A stretch of DNA of 64,000 nt from an uncultured bacterium (GCA_900548385.1 URKJ01000012.1:24101-88100), one strand, 5' to 3'. Positions 34,800 to 44,324 are shown, counted from the first letter of the stretch. A program made the numbers and translations. The notes: generated by a model from the sequence alone, not told the origin.

Positions 34800-37700
34800 A
34801 TGAAAGTTAAATGGATCTTTTGTGTCCTGACCGCTGCGCTGTTTTTATGCGCCGCGGAAAAACCGGAAGATTTTCAGCCGGATTTCAAGACCTGGGACAT
34901 CTATCTGCCGCACCTGAACCGGACCTATCTTTCCGGCTGGTGGAAGTTGAAAAAAGTCTCGTCGGATCGCAGAAACGATCCCCTCGACGAAGGTACGAAG
35001 CGGAAGTTTCATCTCCCCGAAACGGATGACTCCGGCTGGGGGAAAGATCTTGTCCCGAACAATCTTCATGCACCGTTTTTGAGTCCGAATGCCACACGGG
35101 AGGAAAGAACTTGGGGCGGAGTCGCGTGGTTCCGGAAAGAATTTACCGCCCCCGAATTGAAGAAAGGGGAACGCGCGATCCTGCATTTCAATGAAGTGCT
35201 CGGCATATTCAAAGTCTGGGTGAACGGAACGCTTGTCGGCGAACAGGATTTCACCATGCCGACAAAATATTCGGATTACAAAGGTCCCGGAGACCAGTAT
35301 GATTATGATGTAACGGAACAGCTGCGTCCGGGTGCGAAAAATACGATTGCCGTGCGGTTGTTCCATACCGGGGAACCTGTGATGTGGAAAATCTGGGCGC
35401 CTTACTGCGGAATTCTGGGAACGGTGTATCTTGATGTAAAGCCCCCCGCATGGAGCGACCGGATTCTTGTCACGCCCGAAAAGAATCTCCGGGACGTTTC
35501 GTTCGAGTGTCTGCTCTCCGGTTCGGAGAACACGGAGGACACTGATTCCTGGAACGCGGAGATTTTTGAATGGAATAGCGGAAAGCGCGTGGCTTCGGCG
35601 GTGTTCGGGAAGGCTTATGCAGGGGATGGCGGACGTTATGTCGCGGGGAAGGCCTCCATTGAAGATGCGAAACTCTGGTCGCCGGAATCGCCGTTCCTTT
35701 ACGGAGTGAAACTCCGGAACCGGAAGGGGGAAGTGACCGGCGTTCAGCGGTTCGGAATGCGCACTTTCGGCGTGAAAGACGGCAATTTCGTGCTGAACGG
35801 AAAACCCGTCATGCTTCGCGGAATCTGCCAGGGGAACGAATATCCGCGGAACAGTCACGGCTATTCGTTTGCCATGACGACGAACGAGGGTGACGCCCTG
35901 CGCCGGTATTGGCAGGCATACAGGGATTCGAACGTCAATCACATCCGCATTCACAGCTGCGAACATTCGCCGAATACATACGACATCATGGACGAGCTCG
36001 GCTTCATTCTGACCGATGAACTCACCTATCCGACGGTCCACCTGAAAAACGCGGTTCTGGCGGAACTGATCGATACGAAAAGTTTTGACAGCGCCAGCGA
36101 CAAGACCGGAAAGCTGCTTCCGCAGTTTATCGGAAAGATCACCCGCCGGATTCACCGCAACTATTCGCATCCCTCCATCTGCACATACAGTTTCGGCAAC
36201 GAACTTCGCGATTATTCCGGACGCGCCGCAACGATGCTGAACAACCTTTACGATCTGTACCACCGGATCGACCGGCAGGGACGTCCGGTTACTTCCTCGT
36301 CCGGCAGATTCTGGAAGGACGGCAGCAATGTCGAAGAGCTCTGCAAAACGGAAAAAATGGATTATGCCGATACCCATGACTACACCGGGAGCATCAACAA
36401 TATGCCTTTGGCATACTGCCAGCCGGTGGCGGAACATTTTGTTTCGCTGCTCAAAAAACACTTTCCCGGCGGAAAGGTGCCGATCGTGAACGGAGAGACT
36501 GTTTATTTCGCCCAGCATTATTATGCCGGCATCACAGATGGAATCTGGCCGGAGGAAAGCGATAATTCTCCGAATTGGAAAAAGGCGCTGTTTGCACTCA
36601 ACGACTGGCATGCCAAAGAGCGCGGAACCGCTTTCCTCGCTCTCTACTGGATACGAAACTGGGGAATGAAAAATTACAAATTCCATCGTGATCTCGGCCG
36701 CGGAATTTACACGGACCGGATTCTGGAAGTCCAGCGGAAACTCTGGCCGGATATGGACGGTTTCGAGGCGCTTTCCGGTCCGTTCTTCCGGATGCCGAAA
36801 TCGGCGTATCCGTTTGACCGCCTGAAGTTTGAACCGAATGAAGCGTATTCCTACCTGCGCCGTGTTTGTGCGCCGCAGATCGTGATCCTTGATTATGTCG
36901 CGCCCAACCGGTTTACGGGAGAAACGGTTTCGACAAATGCGTATCTGATTAACAATTCGGAACGCGATGTGGAAAATGCCGTTCTTGAAATCGGTTTTGA
37001 ACGGAACGGAAAGTCCGTCGGCGGAACGCTGGCAAAAAAGATCGGCACGGTAAAAAGCAATGAGAAGAAAATCATCCCTGTTGAATTCAAACTTCCCGGA
37101 CGGGACGGGGCGTACCGGCTGGTGTACCGTTTCCTGTCCGGCGGAAAAGAGCTGAACCGCAGGGACGGCGATCTGAATCTCCGGAGCCGCGCGGAACTCT
37201 TTGCTCCGTTGAAGACTGCGAAGAGGATTGCGCTTTACGATGCTTCCGCCGTTTTCGGCGGTCTCAAACCTTACAGTTCGACGAAAGTGCTGAAGGCGTT
37301 CGGTGTGCCGTTCGTTCCCGTGGAGGATTTCAAAGAACTGAGGAAATATGATGTCCTGGTGATCGGCAACGGCTCCGTGGACGGGAAAGTGGCGGATGGC
37401 GCGGACGGAATCAGGGCATTCGTTGAAAACGGCGGGCGTCTGCTCGTTTTCGATCAGACCGTTTCCGGTCGGATTCCGTTCCTGCCGGAACTGGAATACT
37501 CGCTTGCGGGACCGGGGCAGTTCTCCGAGATTCTTCAGTTCGACCATCCCGTATTGAAGGGAATGACGCAGAAGGAGTTCTTCTGCTGGAATCAGAAAGA
37601 CTGGTCCGTGTACCGGGCTTACATCCGTCCTGTTTCGGAAGCTGCGCTGACGGTCGGCGGCAATTCCGGATCGTGGGGTGCCGACGCATTCGGCATGGTG

Positions 37701-38492
37701 TCCGCTCATTTGAAGCTCGGAAAAGGCGATGTGCTGATGACGCAGGCGGAAGTCACTTCCACGTTCCGGTCGGATTCCGGTGCCGCGCTTTTGGCCCGCC
37801 GTCTTTTGGAAACCGTTCTGGACGATGCAACCCGGAAAAACGCCTCGCCGTTTCGCGGGTACGAGGTCAAGGTTAAAGGACTGAAAGCGTCCCGCGCAAA
37901 GTTCATTTCCCTGAAAAATGCCGCGAATATGGCGTTTGCAGACGAGATTGCCAGAGACGGGAAGGGCGGGTGGACCGATCAGGGAGCCGTCAACGATCTT
38001 TCCCCGTTTCCCGTCGGCAGACGGATTTTCGGCGGTGTTCCGTTTCAAATCATTGATCCTGCGGAAAACGGCGGCCGCTCCTGCGTCGTCGTTTCCGGCA
38101 ACAGGACGCTTCCGTTTCAGCCGCGGAGCCGGAGTATCGAAATCGGCGGGCGGGTGAAGCGTCTTCTGTTCCTGCATTCCGGCGCGTGGATCGCTCCCGA
38201 CGGCGGACAGGTCGGCGAATATGAGGTTCGGTATGCTTCCGGGAAAACGTGGTCGATTCCGGTTGTGGAAGGGGTGAACATTACAGACTGGTGGGGACCA
38301 TCCAAAAAATTGAAATCGGCGATGTGCGGGTGGAGCGGTATGAATAAGAGCGGGGTCGTGGGTGCGTTCCTGTATTCCTGGGACAATCCGCATCCCGAAG
38401 ATCAGATAAGTTCGATCGTGTTGAAAACAAAAGGAAACGCCGTGGTGGGTCTGCTTGGCCTGACGGCAGAAAAAACGGAGGAGTCCGAATGA
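34800..38492 (+). CDS. secreted GH2-family glycoside hydrolase with ~600-aa C-terminal extension
   Basis: 1230 aa. Signal peptide MKVKWIFCVLTAALFLCAAE. GH2 blocks WFRKEFTAP..., LWSPESPFLY, NGKPVMLRG, acid/base FGNEL. The extension includes a flavodoxin/GATase1-like stretch YDVLVIGNGS...ENGGRLLVFDQ. Confidence 0.75.
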   Translation: MKVKWIFCVLTAALFLCAAEKPEDFQPDFKTWDIYLPHLNRTYLSGWWKLKKVSSDRRNDPLDEGTKRKFHLPETDDSGWGKDLVPNNLHAPFLSPNATREERTWGGVAWFRKEFTAPELKKGERAILHFNEVLGIFKVWVNGTLVGEQDFTMPTKYSDYKGPGDQYDYDVTEQLRPGAKNTIAVRLFHTGEPVMWKIWAPYCGILGTVYLDVKPPAWSDRILVTPEKNLRDVSFECLLSGSENTEDTDSWNAEIFEWNSGKRVASAVFGKAYAGDGGRYVAGKASIEDAKLWSPESPFLYGVKLRNRKGEVTGVQRFGMRTFGVKDGNFVLNGKPVMLRGICQGNEYPRNSHGYSFAMTTNEGDALRRYWQAYRDSNVNHIRIHSCEHSPNTYDIMDELGFILTDELTYPTVHLKNAVLAELIDTKSFDSASDKTGKLLPQFIGKITRRIHRNYSHPSICTYSFGNELRDYSGRAATMLNNLYDLYHRIDRQGRPVTSSSGRFWKDGSNVEELCKTEKMDYADTHDYTGSINNMPLAYCQPVAEHFVSLLKKHFPGGKVPIVNGETVYFAQHYYAGITDGIWPEESDNSPNWKKALFALNDWHAKERGTAFLALYWIRNWGMKNYKFHRDLGRGIYTDRILEVQRKLWPDMDGFEALSGPFFRMPKSAYPFDRLKFEPNEAYSYLRRVCAPQIVILDYVAPNRFTGETVSTNAYLINNSERDVENAVLEIGFERNGKSVGGTLAKKIGTVKSNEKKIIPVEFKLPGRDGAYRLVYRFLSGGKELNRRDGDLNLRSRAELFAPLKTAKRIALYDASAVFGGLKPYSSTKVLKAFGVPFVPVEDFKELRKYDVLVIGNGSVDGKVADGADGIRAFVENGGRLLVFDQTVSGRIPFLPELEYSLAGPGQFSEILQFDHPVLKGMTQKEFFCWNQKDWSVYRAYIRPVSEAALTVGGNSGSWGADAFGMVSAHLKLGKGDVLMTQAEVTSTFRSDSGAALLARRLLETVLDDATRKNASPFRGYEVKVKGLKASRAKFISLKNAANMAFADEIARDGKGGWTDQGAVNDLSPFPVGRRIFGGVPFQIIDPAENGGRSCVVVSGNRTLPFQPRSRSIEIGGRVKRLLFLHSGAWIAPDGGQVGEYEVRYASGKTWSIPVVEGVNITDWWGPSKKLKSAMCGWSGMNKSGVVGAFLYSWDNPHPEDQISSIVLKTKGNAVVGLLGLTAEKTEESE

Positions 38493-39247
38493 AAAAACAA
38501 AATTGGATTTTGGGGGCGGTTCTCGCGGTCTGCGGAGCCGGAGCACTTGCAGCGGAAACGTACACCAGTGACGGTTTCAGTGCAAGGATCACGAACAGCG
38601 GAATGATCGAGAACCTGCGGTACAGGGAGCAGCTGCTCTGCAAACTGATTCAGCTGAATGGTTCCTATCGGCTGCCGCCGGATGCGCAGAAATACGATGC
38701 GCGGTTTTTCCAGTCGTGGGACGGTTCCGGAAAGGCGGTCTGCAAACGGGACGGCGACACGATGATGGTTACGATTGATTCGAAGCTTGGGAACAAGGTT
38801 CTGAAGGATGCCGCGGATTACAAAGTCGAAACCATGTTGACTCCGAACCGGATCACGGTCCGCACCTCCGTCAAGTTGAACGTTCCCCTGCAGACAACTT
38901 TCAACCTTTTCCAGACGATCATGAACATGCCTCCCGCATTTTTCGGCCGCGGAGTGAAGTGTACGGACGGTTCAGCTCCGGAACGGTTTGAGATCCTGCC
39001 CGAAACTTACAATAAAGCGTTCCGGTTGAAAGGCGATTCAATCGCCGTTTCCACGGGCAAAGGGGTTTTCCTCGTTGCGGGCGGCAAAGGAGTGACCGTC
39101 AATTTCATGGATTCCCGCATGTGGGGCGGCAAGGATTTTTCATTTACCGTCGCCGGTCCTGCGAAGTGGACACCGAAGGCGGTGGAGCATCCTGCGGGCA
39201 GCACTTTCAGCTGGGAGTTTACGCTCTCTTTTGAACCGGAGAAGTAG
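38489..39247 (+). CDS. secreted hypothetical protein, translationally coupled to the GH2 gene
   Basis: 252 aa. ATGA start/stop overlap with the GH2 gene. Signal peptide MKKQNWILGAVLAVCGAGALAAE. No recognisable motif. Confidence 0.55.
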   Translation: MKKQNWILGAVLAVCGAGALAAETYTSDGFSARITNSGMIENLRYREQLLCKLIQLNGSYRLPPDAQKYDARFFQSWDGSGKAVCKRDGDTMMVTIDSKLGNKVLKDAADYKVETMLTPNRITVRTSVKLNVPLQTTFNLFQTIMNMPPAFFGRGVKCTDGSAPERFEILPETYNKAFRLKGDSIAVSTGKGVFLVAGGKGVTVNFMDSRMWGGKDFSFTVAGPAKWTPKAVEHPAGSTFSWEFTLSFEPEK

Positions 39248-39262
39248 TCGGCATGGTTATGG

Positions 39263-39308
39263 AAAAAGGGCTGCCGCGTACCCGGAGGTTTTGCGACAGC
39301 CACTTTTT
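39263..39308. terminator. bidirectional terminator between convergent cassettes
   Basis: Stem GGCTGCCGC (39269-39277) / GCGACAGCC (39293-39301), 8 of 9 pairs. Flanked by AAAAA (39263-39267) and TTTTT (39304-39308). Confidence 0.6.
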
Positions 39309-39329
39309 CCGCCGTTGAACGGGCGAATG

Positions 39330-42300
39330 TTATTCCGGCCGGACCAATATGCCGCCTGCCCTGGAACGGTCGCGCAGATCGACGTTGAAACCGAGGAACC
39401 GGATCGGAAAGTCGATTGTCCCATTGCGTTTTCCGCCGTACCGGATCACCTTTTTGCCGAAGATTTCCGTCGGCTTGAACGTCAGACTTTGCCATACTCC
39501 CGGTTTTACATTGCGGAGCTCCTGCTTTAACTGGAATGTTTCGCCGGAATGGTCCAGCAGGAGCAGACTGACGGCTTTGACATTGTCCGTTTCCGGGAGA
39601 AAACGGAATTCGACGGTGCGTTTCAGTTCTTTTGCCGAGGCGGCGAACGGATAGGGTACGGTACGGAAAATATTGCCGTATCCGCGCTGCGGCGAGGCGA
39701 TCCAGGAAAGTCGCAGAGCAGTCTCTTTTTCGGCGCCTTTCAACTGGAAACCTTTGGAATAGTTGCACCAGCTTCCGGTTTTGAGCTTTGCCGGAGCCGA
39801 GATCAGCATTACGCGATCGGTGAACTGCCGTCCATCCGCCGTTTGGAACAGAGCGGTCAGATAACGGTAATCTCCGGTCGGGAAATCGGCGGGAACGTAC
39901 AGTGTAAACGTCGCGGTTCCCATTCCGTCCGCCGGGATCGTCAGATGCCGTTCCGCCGGTGTGACTTTCCACAGGAATTCCCGCCACGAAGCGGAAGCAT
40001 CCAGACGGATAGTTCCTGTCAGCGGCGCTGCCGACTGATTGTAAATCCGGACAGTGACGGTTTTTGCCTGTTTCGGGGCGGCGTTCAGCCGGACGCCTTT
40101 CATTTCATCGCAGCCGCGTCCCATGTTGTCCGCATCCGGCAGAATACGGACCGTTGCGGCGGTTTCCGGGAATATTTTTCTGCCTGCCGTGGTTTTAACG
40201 GTTTCCAGTTCCGGAGTCAGTTTTCCGCGGACAAATACCGGATATTCGTCCACGGGGACCGCGATTTCACCGTTCCGGTTTTTCAATGTGGATACAACGC
40301 CGTCCGAGGAGACAAGTTCCGCATCGCCGGAGGCTTTGATCCGGACCGTTTCCGCCGGATGAATGAGTTCTGCAAACGGGATTTCGAACCGGTCATAGCC
40401 GTAGGCGTCGTTGCGCCAGAATGCCAGAACGTCGCGTCCGGCTTTGTCGCGGAATGCGAAACCGGCGATCTTTCCCGCGGCAAAGGAGTGTCCTTTGATA
40501 AAGCCCCGGAATGCGGCATCGCCGATCATCCGTGCAGTGGTGCGGTATGCCGCCGCTCCGGGTTTCGGAAGACCGTAGCGGTTGGTCATTCCGAAATCCT
40601 CTTCCAGATAATCAAGCGGAACATCGCGGAATGTGTAGACCAGCACTTTCGAGGCACCGAACGCTTTTCCGCCGACCATCGTTTTCGGAACGTGGAGAGC
40701 AATATAGCGCGCGACTTCCTCCGGGGAACGCTGCGGGATGACGTGGCGGGCGCTGTAAGTCGAAACGCCGATTTCCGTCAGCCAGACCGGTTTTTCCGCG
40801 ATTCCCGCGGCTTCCATGGAACTGTTCAGCTGACGGCATTTTCCGGCGATTCCCCAGAAACCGGGAACATAGAAGCCGTAGATATGCGCGGCGACCGCAT
40901 CGGTCAGTTTTCCGGTTCCGAGCCGCAGGACGGGATCGTGGTGTGCGGAAACGTCGCCGAGAATGATGTTGGCTTGCGGATCCGCAAGCCGGATCGCCTT
41001 TGCCAGCGTTTTGGCATACTGCGCATAATCTTCCGGCATCATTTTCCAGTAATAGGGTTCGTTGCCGAGTTCCCAGTCGTGGATGTCGTTCTTGTATTTC
41101 TGAACCATTTGGAAGACTTCTTCCGCCGCGTTTGCGAACTCCGGCGCAATACCGTGTTCCGCCCATTTTGCGCAGACCGCACTGTTTGCGCGGCTCTGTT
41201 CCATCTGCCTGGGACTATAGCCGCGGCAGATCAGAAGCGGCCGGAAGCCATGTTTGCGGACGACCCGGAAGAGGTCGCGTGCACCTTCGCGCTCGTTTCC
41301 CGCGTCATTGCGGATGATGCTCACGCCGAGTTCCCGGAGAATGTCAAAATCAGGCAGTTCGTTTGTGTAGGAGTTTGCCCAGCGCTGAAGATGAACCGTG
41401 AACCCGAAATCTCCATCGGCTCCGTAATCCGGCATTTTCTCCCGCATGACGGCAAACGGAATCCGGACCGCCTTTCCTTCGTATGCCGGATCGTCCGGGA
41501 ATACGGAAAGTTCATAATAGCCGTCTTTGGCGGGGAGCGGGAAACGATGGATGCTGACTCCCTGTTTCAGATCGGTTTTGACCGTGTTTTCGGAAACGGT
41601 TTCTCCCCGTGCGTTGCGGATTTCAAGTTTCAGGACCGCCTGTTTCCGGGCGTTTGCCGAACGGATTTTCAACTCTCCCTGTGACGGAGCATCCGCAAAG
41701 AAGAAGTTCTTTTTTGTGTTCAGCAGCGGAGCGATTGCAAGATCGGAAGTGGAGGCAACACGGAATCCGCCGTATTCTTCTTCGGAATTGTCGTTTCTCT
41801 GCAGGAAGCGGATCGTGTTGAGCAGATCGGGATCCTGTTGTTTGTCGTTTGCGCCCAGAAAGACCGGGGCTCCGGCGTAGTACTTGTTTTCCATCCATTC
41901 GCTGACTCCGGAGGCGTGATTGCGGATGCCGTAATGGGACGGTTTTCCGGCGTCTGCTTTGGTGATGACGGGATAACCGCCTTTGCCGTCATAGAATCCC
42001 GCTTTGTAGAATTCGTGCATGTCAGGCAGAAAATAGAGACGCGGCGAATCCGGCGTCGTCAGATCCCGCCAGCCGATGATGCCGGGGGCGGAAGAGCCGT
42101 TCGGGCGTGTCCCCCGGAAAATCCGGTAGACCGGTCCCCTGGAGAGCCAGTTGCAATACCGGGCGGCATCGACGCGGCTTACATGGTTAACGGGTTTTTC
42201 CGCGTCTTCCGGCGAAACTTCGTACCGGTATGCGCCCTCGTTTCCGGTGCGGCGGATCCGCATTTTCGGATTGTACAGGCCGTCAGGATCACTTGCTGCG

Positions 42301-42506
42301 ACGGCGTTCAGAAATTTTACATATTCCGCGTTGGTGACTTCCGTTTCGGCGATGCGGTAAGGATAGGAGACCGTACCGCGCGGATAGCCTTTTTTAGAGG
42401 TGAACGGTACGACTTTTCCCGGATTTCCAAGGTCGCCGATGGTGATGAAATTCCCGGCGGTGGCGGAAAGGGCGGTCAGCAGAGCAAGATTCAACAGTTT
42501 TTTCAT
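39330..42506 (-). CDS. secreted fusion: SUMF1/FGE-type domain + clan GH-A glycoside hydrolase + C-terminal beta-sandwich regions
   Basis: Start at ATG 42506 (RBS GAGGTG; signal peptide MKKLLNLALLTALSATAG). FGE-type blocks VTNAEYVKFLN, VNHVSRVDAARYCNWLS, SGVSEWM, GGFRVAS. GH-A motifs WELGNEPYYW and VWLTEIGVS. Confidence 0.65.
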   Translation of the reverse strand: MKKLLNLALLTALSATAGNFITIGDLGNPGKVVPFTSKKGYPRGTVSYPYRIAETEVTNAEYVKFLNAVAASDPDGLYNPKMRIRRTGNEGAYRYEVSPEDAEKPVNHVSRVDAARYCNWLSRGPVYRIFRGTRPNGSSAPGIIGWRDLTTPDSPRLYFLPDMHEFYKAGFYDGKGGYPVITKADAGKPSHYGIRNHASGVSEWMENKYYAGAPVFLGANDKQQDPDLLNTIRFLQRNDNSEEEYGGFRVASTSDLAIAPLLNTKKNFFFADAPSQGELKIRSANARKQAVLKLEIRNARGETVSENTVKTDLKQGVSIHRFPLPAKDGYYELSVFPDDPAYEGKAVRIPFAVMREKMPDYGADGDFGFTVHLQRWANSYTNELPDFDILRELGVSIIRNDAGNEREGARDLFRVVRKHGFRPLLICRGYSPRQMEQSRANSAVCAKWAEHGIAPEFANAAEEVFQMVQKYKNDIHDWELGNEPYYWKMMPEDYAQYAKTLAKAIRLADPQANIILGDVSAHHDPVLRLGTGKLTDAVAAHIYGFYVPGFWGIAGKCRQLNSSMEAAGIAEKPVWLTEIGVSTYSARHVIPQRSPEEVARYIALHVPKTMVGGKAFGASKVLVYTFRDVPLDYLEEDFGMTNRYGLPKPGAAAYRTTARMIGDAAFRGFIKGHSFAAGKIAGFAFRDKAGRDVLAFWRNDAYGYDRFEIPFAELIHPAETVRIKASGDAELVSSDGVVSTLKNRNGEIAVPVDEYPVFVRGKLTPELETVKTTAGRKIFPETAATVRILPDADNMGRGCDEMKGVRLNAAPKQAKTVTVRIYNQSAAPLTGTIRLDASASWREFLWKVTPAERHLTIPADGMGTATFTLYVPADFPTGDYRYLTALFQTADGRQFTDRVMLISAPAKLKTGSWCNYSKGFQLKGAEKETALRLSWIASPQRGYGNIFRTVPYPFAASAKELKRTVEFRFLPETDNVKAVSLLLLDHSGETFQLKQELRNVKPGVWQSLTFKPTEIFGKKVIRYGGKRNGTIDFPIRFLGFNVDLRDRSRAGGILVRPE

Positions 42507-42516
42507 GGGAACCACC

Positions 42517-43200
42517 TCACCACGGAGCCGTTGCTATGCCGCTTTCCCAGGAGAGATATCCCCACCAGGCATAACGAGTTTCCGGAAATTCCCGGTTCAT
42601 AGTATCTCCGACACGGCGGAAACGGATGCTTTGGACGTGACCGTCGAGGAATGCGCCGTTCATGTTCATGCCATGATCCCAGCGCAGTTGTTTGTAGGCG
42701 GTCGCATCGCCGAAAAAGTGATAACTGACGATCCAACTGGTTGTTTCCAGAATGGTCGGGCATTTGGTCGGACGGGACACTTTTTCGATTCTGACCGGAG
42801 ATTTCGGGGATTTCTGACTGTCCATTCCGTGCCACATGATGAGATTGTTTCCGCCGTAACCCTGTGTTCCGTTCATCGGTTTGCGATTGGAAGGGCATTG
42901 CCAGACTTTATTGTTCATTTTCTGATTTCTCTGCCGTCCGCCGAGATACATACGGTCCAGAATCCCGTGCCACTGATTGTCGAATTCCATGGAAGTGGTG
43001 GAAGAGACGCACGGAACAATGAAGCCGGTATCATTCGCATACATGGTGACGGCTGATATCTGCTGTTTCATGTTCCCCATGCATGCCATCTGCTGCCCTT
43101 TTTCCCGTGCCTTGTTCAGTGCCGGCAGGAGCATTGCTGCGAGAATTGCAATGATTGCGATTACGACGAGGAGCTCTATGAGGGTAAATCTCCGTTTCAT
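42517..43200 (-). CDS. prepilin-type N-terminal methylation-domain protein, H-X9-DG family
   Basis: 227 aa. N-terminus [34 protein letters not shown]-terminal [18 protein letters not shown] overlap with the regulator gene. Confidence 0.88.
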   Translation of the reverse strand: MKRRFTLIELLVVIAIIAILAAMLLPALNKAREKGQQMACMGNMKQQISAVTMYANDTGFIVPCVSSTTSMEFDNQWHGILDRMYLGGRQRNQKMNNKVWQCPSNRKPMNGTQGYGGNNLIMWHGMDSQKSPKSPVRIEKVSRPTKCPTILETTSWIVSYHFFGDATAYKQLRWDHGMNMNGAFLDGHVQSIRFRRVGDTMNREFPETRYAWWGYLSWESGIATAPW

Positions 43201-44324
43201 TGTGACTTTCCTTTTTTGATTGATTTGTTATTTTGAACCGTTTTGATGCTTTTTCGTTCGATGATTTCCTGTTCACAGAAGAAGAAATGTTCGTCAAGGA
43301 ATTTTCCTCCCGCGATTTCCGTTGCCCGTTTGCACATGCCGTCGTAATGCGGGCAGACCGCAGAGAGCGGCGGATTGCTGTATTCCAGCCAGGTGGATTC
43401 TCCTTCGGAGATCAGGCTGATGTCATCCGGCACGGCGAAGCCGCCTTCCACCAGAATGGGAATTGCCGCAACGGCACCCACGCCGGAGGTGTAGACCAGT
43501 GCGGAAAGTTTCTGTTTCCGGATATTGTCCAGATTTTTTGCAGTGATCTGACGGGCGGCGTTCAGGGAGTTTTCCCATGGGCGGATCGTTTCCGAGAAGA
43601 TATGGGATGCCGGTATCACGGCTCCGTTCCGGCGGAGTGTTTTGACAAAGGCGTTCTGTTTCCGGATTCCGTAATCGCTTTGCGGTTCATTGCGTACATA
43701 ACCGACCCGCTCGTGCCCGTGCTGCAGCAGACATTCCGCCATGAGACGCCCGGAAAGCTCCGGTTCGTGTGACACAATATAAAGATTTTCCGGCATGTCT
43801 TCGTAATAGGATTGACTGTCCAGCAGAACCACGGGAACGGATTGTCTGCCGAGAATTTCCAGCTCTTCATGACTGTAACGGTCCGGAGTCGGAATGATCA
43901 GAATTTCCCGGCAGTTCGGATAACGCGCCGCCGCTTCTGTGATGGCCCGGACCGTGGTGTCCGGCTGCATTTTGTAGGAGATTACCTGAAAACCGCTCTG
44001 TTTGGCGTATTGTTCCGTCATGAATTCAAGTCTCCAGAGCTGTTCCGACGGATAATCCGGATATGCGAAAAAGATGGATGCCGCGTTCTGCGCCGCATCG
44101 GGAACTTCCGGATTCTGCGGCATGCGCGCCGCCACAATACCCCGTCCCTGCTGACGGATGATCACATTTTCGTGTTCCAGTTCGATCAAAGCCTGATTCA
44201 CGGTTGCCATTGCAACGCTGAATCTGCGCAACAAAGTGCGTACCGAGGGCATGGAAGTGATTGCTTCCGGTTTCAGCGCCTCCGCTTTCAGATATTCTTT
44301 GATCTGCACATATTTTGGAACCAT
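43197..44324 (-). CDS. AraR-type regulator (GntR winged-HTH + LacI/PBP-type sugar-sensor domain)
   Basis: 375 aa. w[44 protein letters not shown], followed by a LacI-like sensor domain. Confidence 0.7.
   Translation of the reverse strand: MVPKYVQIKEYLKAEALKPEAITSMPSVRTLLRRFSVAMATVNQALIELEHENVIIRQQGRGIVAARMPQNPEVPDAAQNAASIFFAYPDYPSEQLWRLEFMTEQYAKQSGFQVISYKMQPDTTVRAITEAAARYPNCREILIIPTPDRYSHEELEILGRQSVPVVLLDSQSYYEDMPENLYIVSHEPELSGRLMAECLLQHGHERVGYVRNEPQSDYGIRKQNAFVKTLRRNGAVIPASHIFSETIRPWENSLNAARQITAKNLDNIRKQKLSALVYTSGVGAVAAIPILVEGGFAVPDDISLISEGESTWLEYSNPPLSAVCPHYDGMCKRATEIAGGKFLDEHFFFCEQEIIERKSIKTVQNNKSIKKGKSQ

Noticed and set aside
34845-38546. A 1233-aa ORF on the minus strand lies exactly opposite the 1230-aa GH2 gene. 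Similar long antisense ORFs occur at 26098-28419, 39549-41684, 48943-50634, 15238-16758, 17714-19273 and 46768-48327.
   Set aside because: In every case the antisense codons are in register with the sense codons (start and end coordinates share the same residue modulo 3). The frame is therefore open simply because the real genes avoid the codons TTA, CTA and TCA. The translations are Arg/Pro/Gly-rich low-complexity sequence with no motif, RBS or promoter, whereas the sense strand carries clear family signatures.
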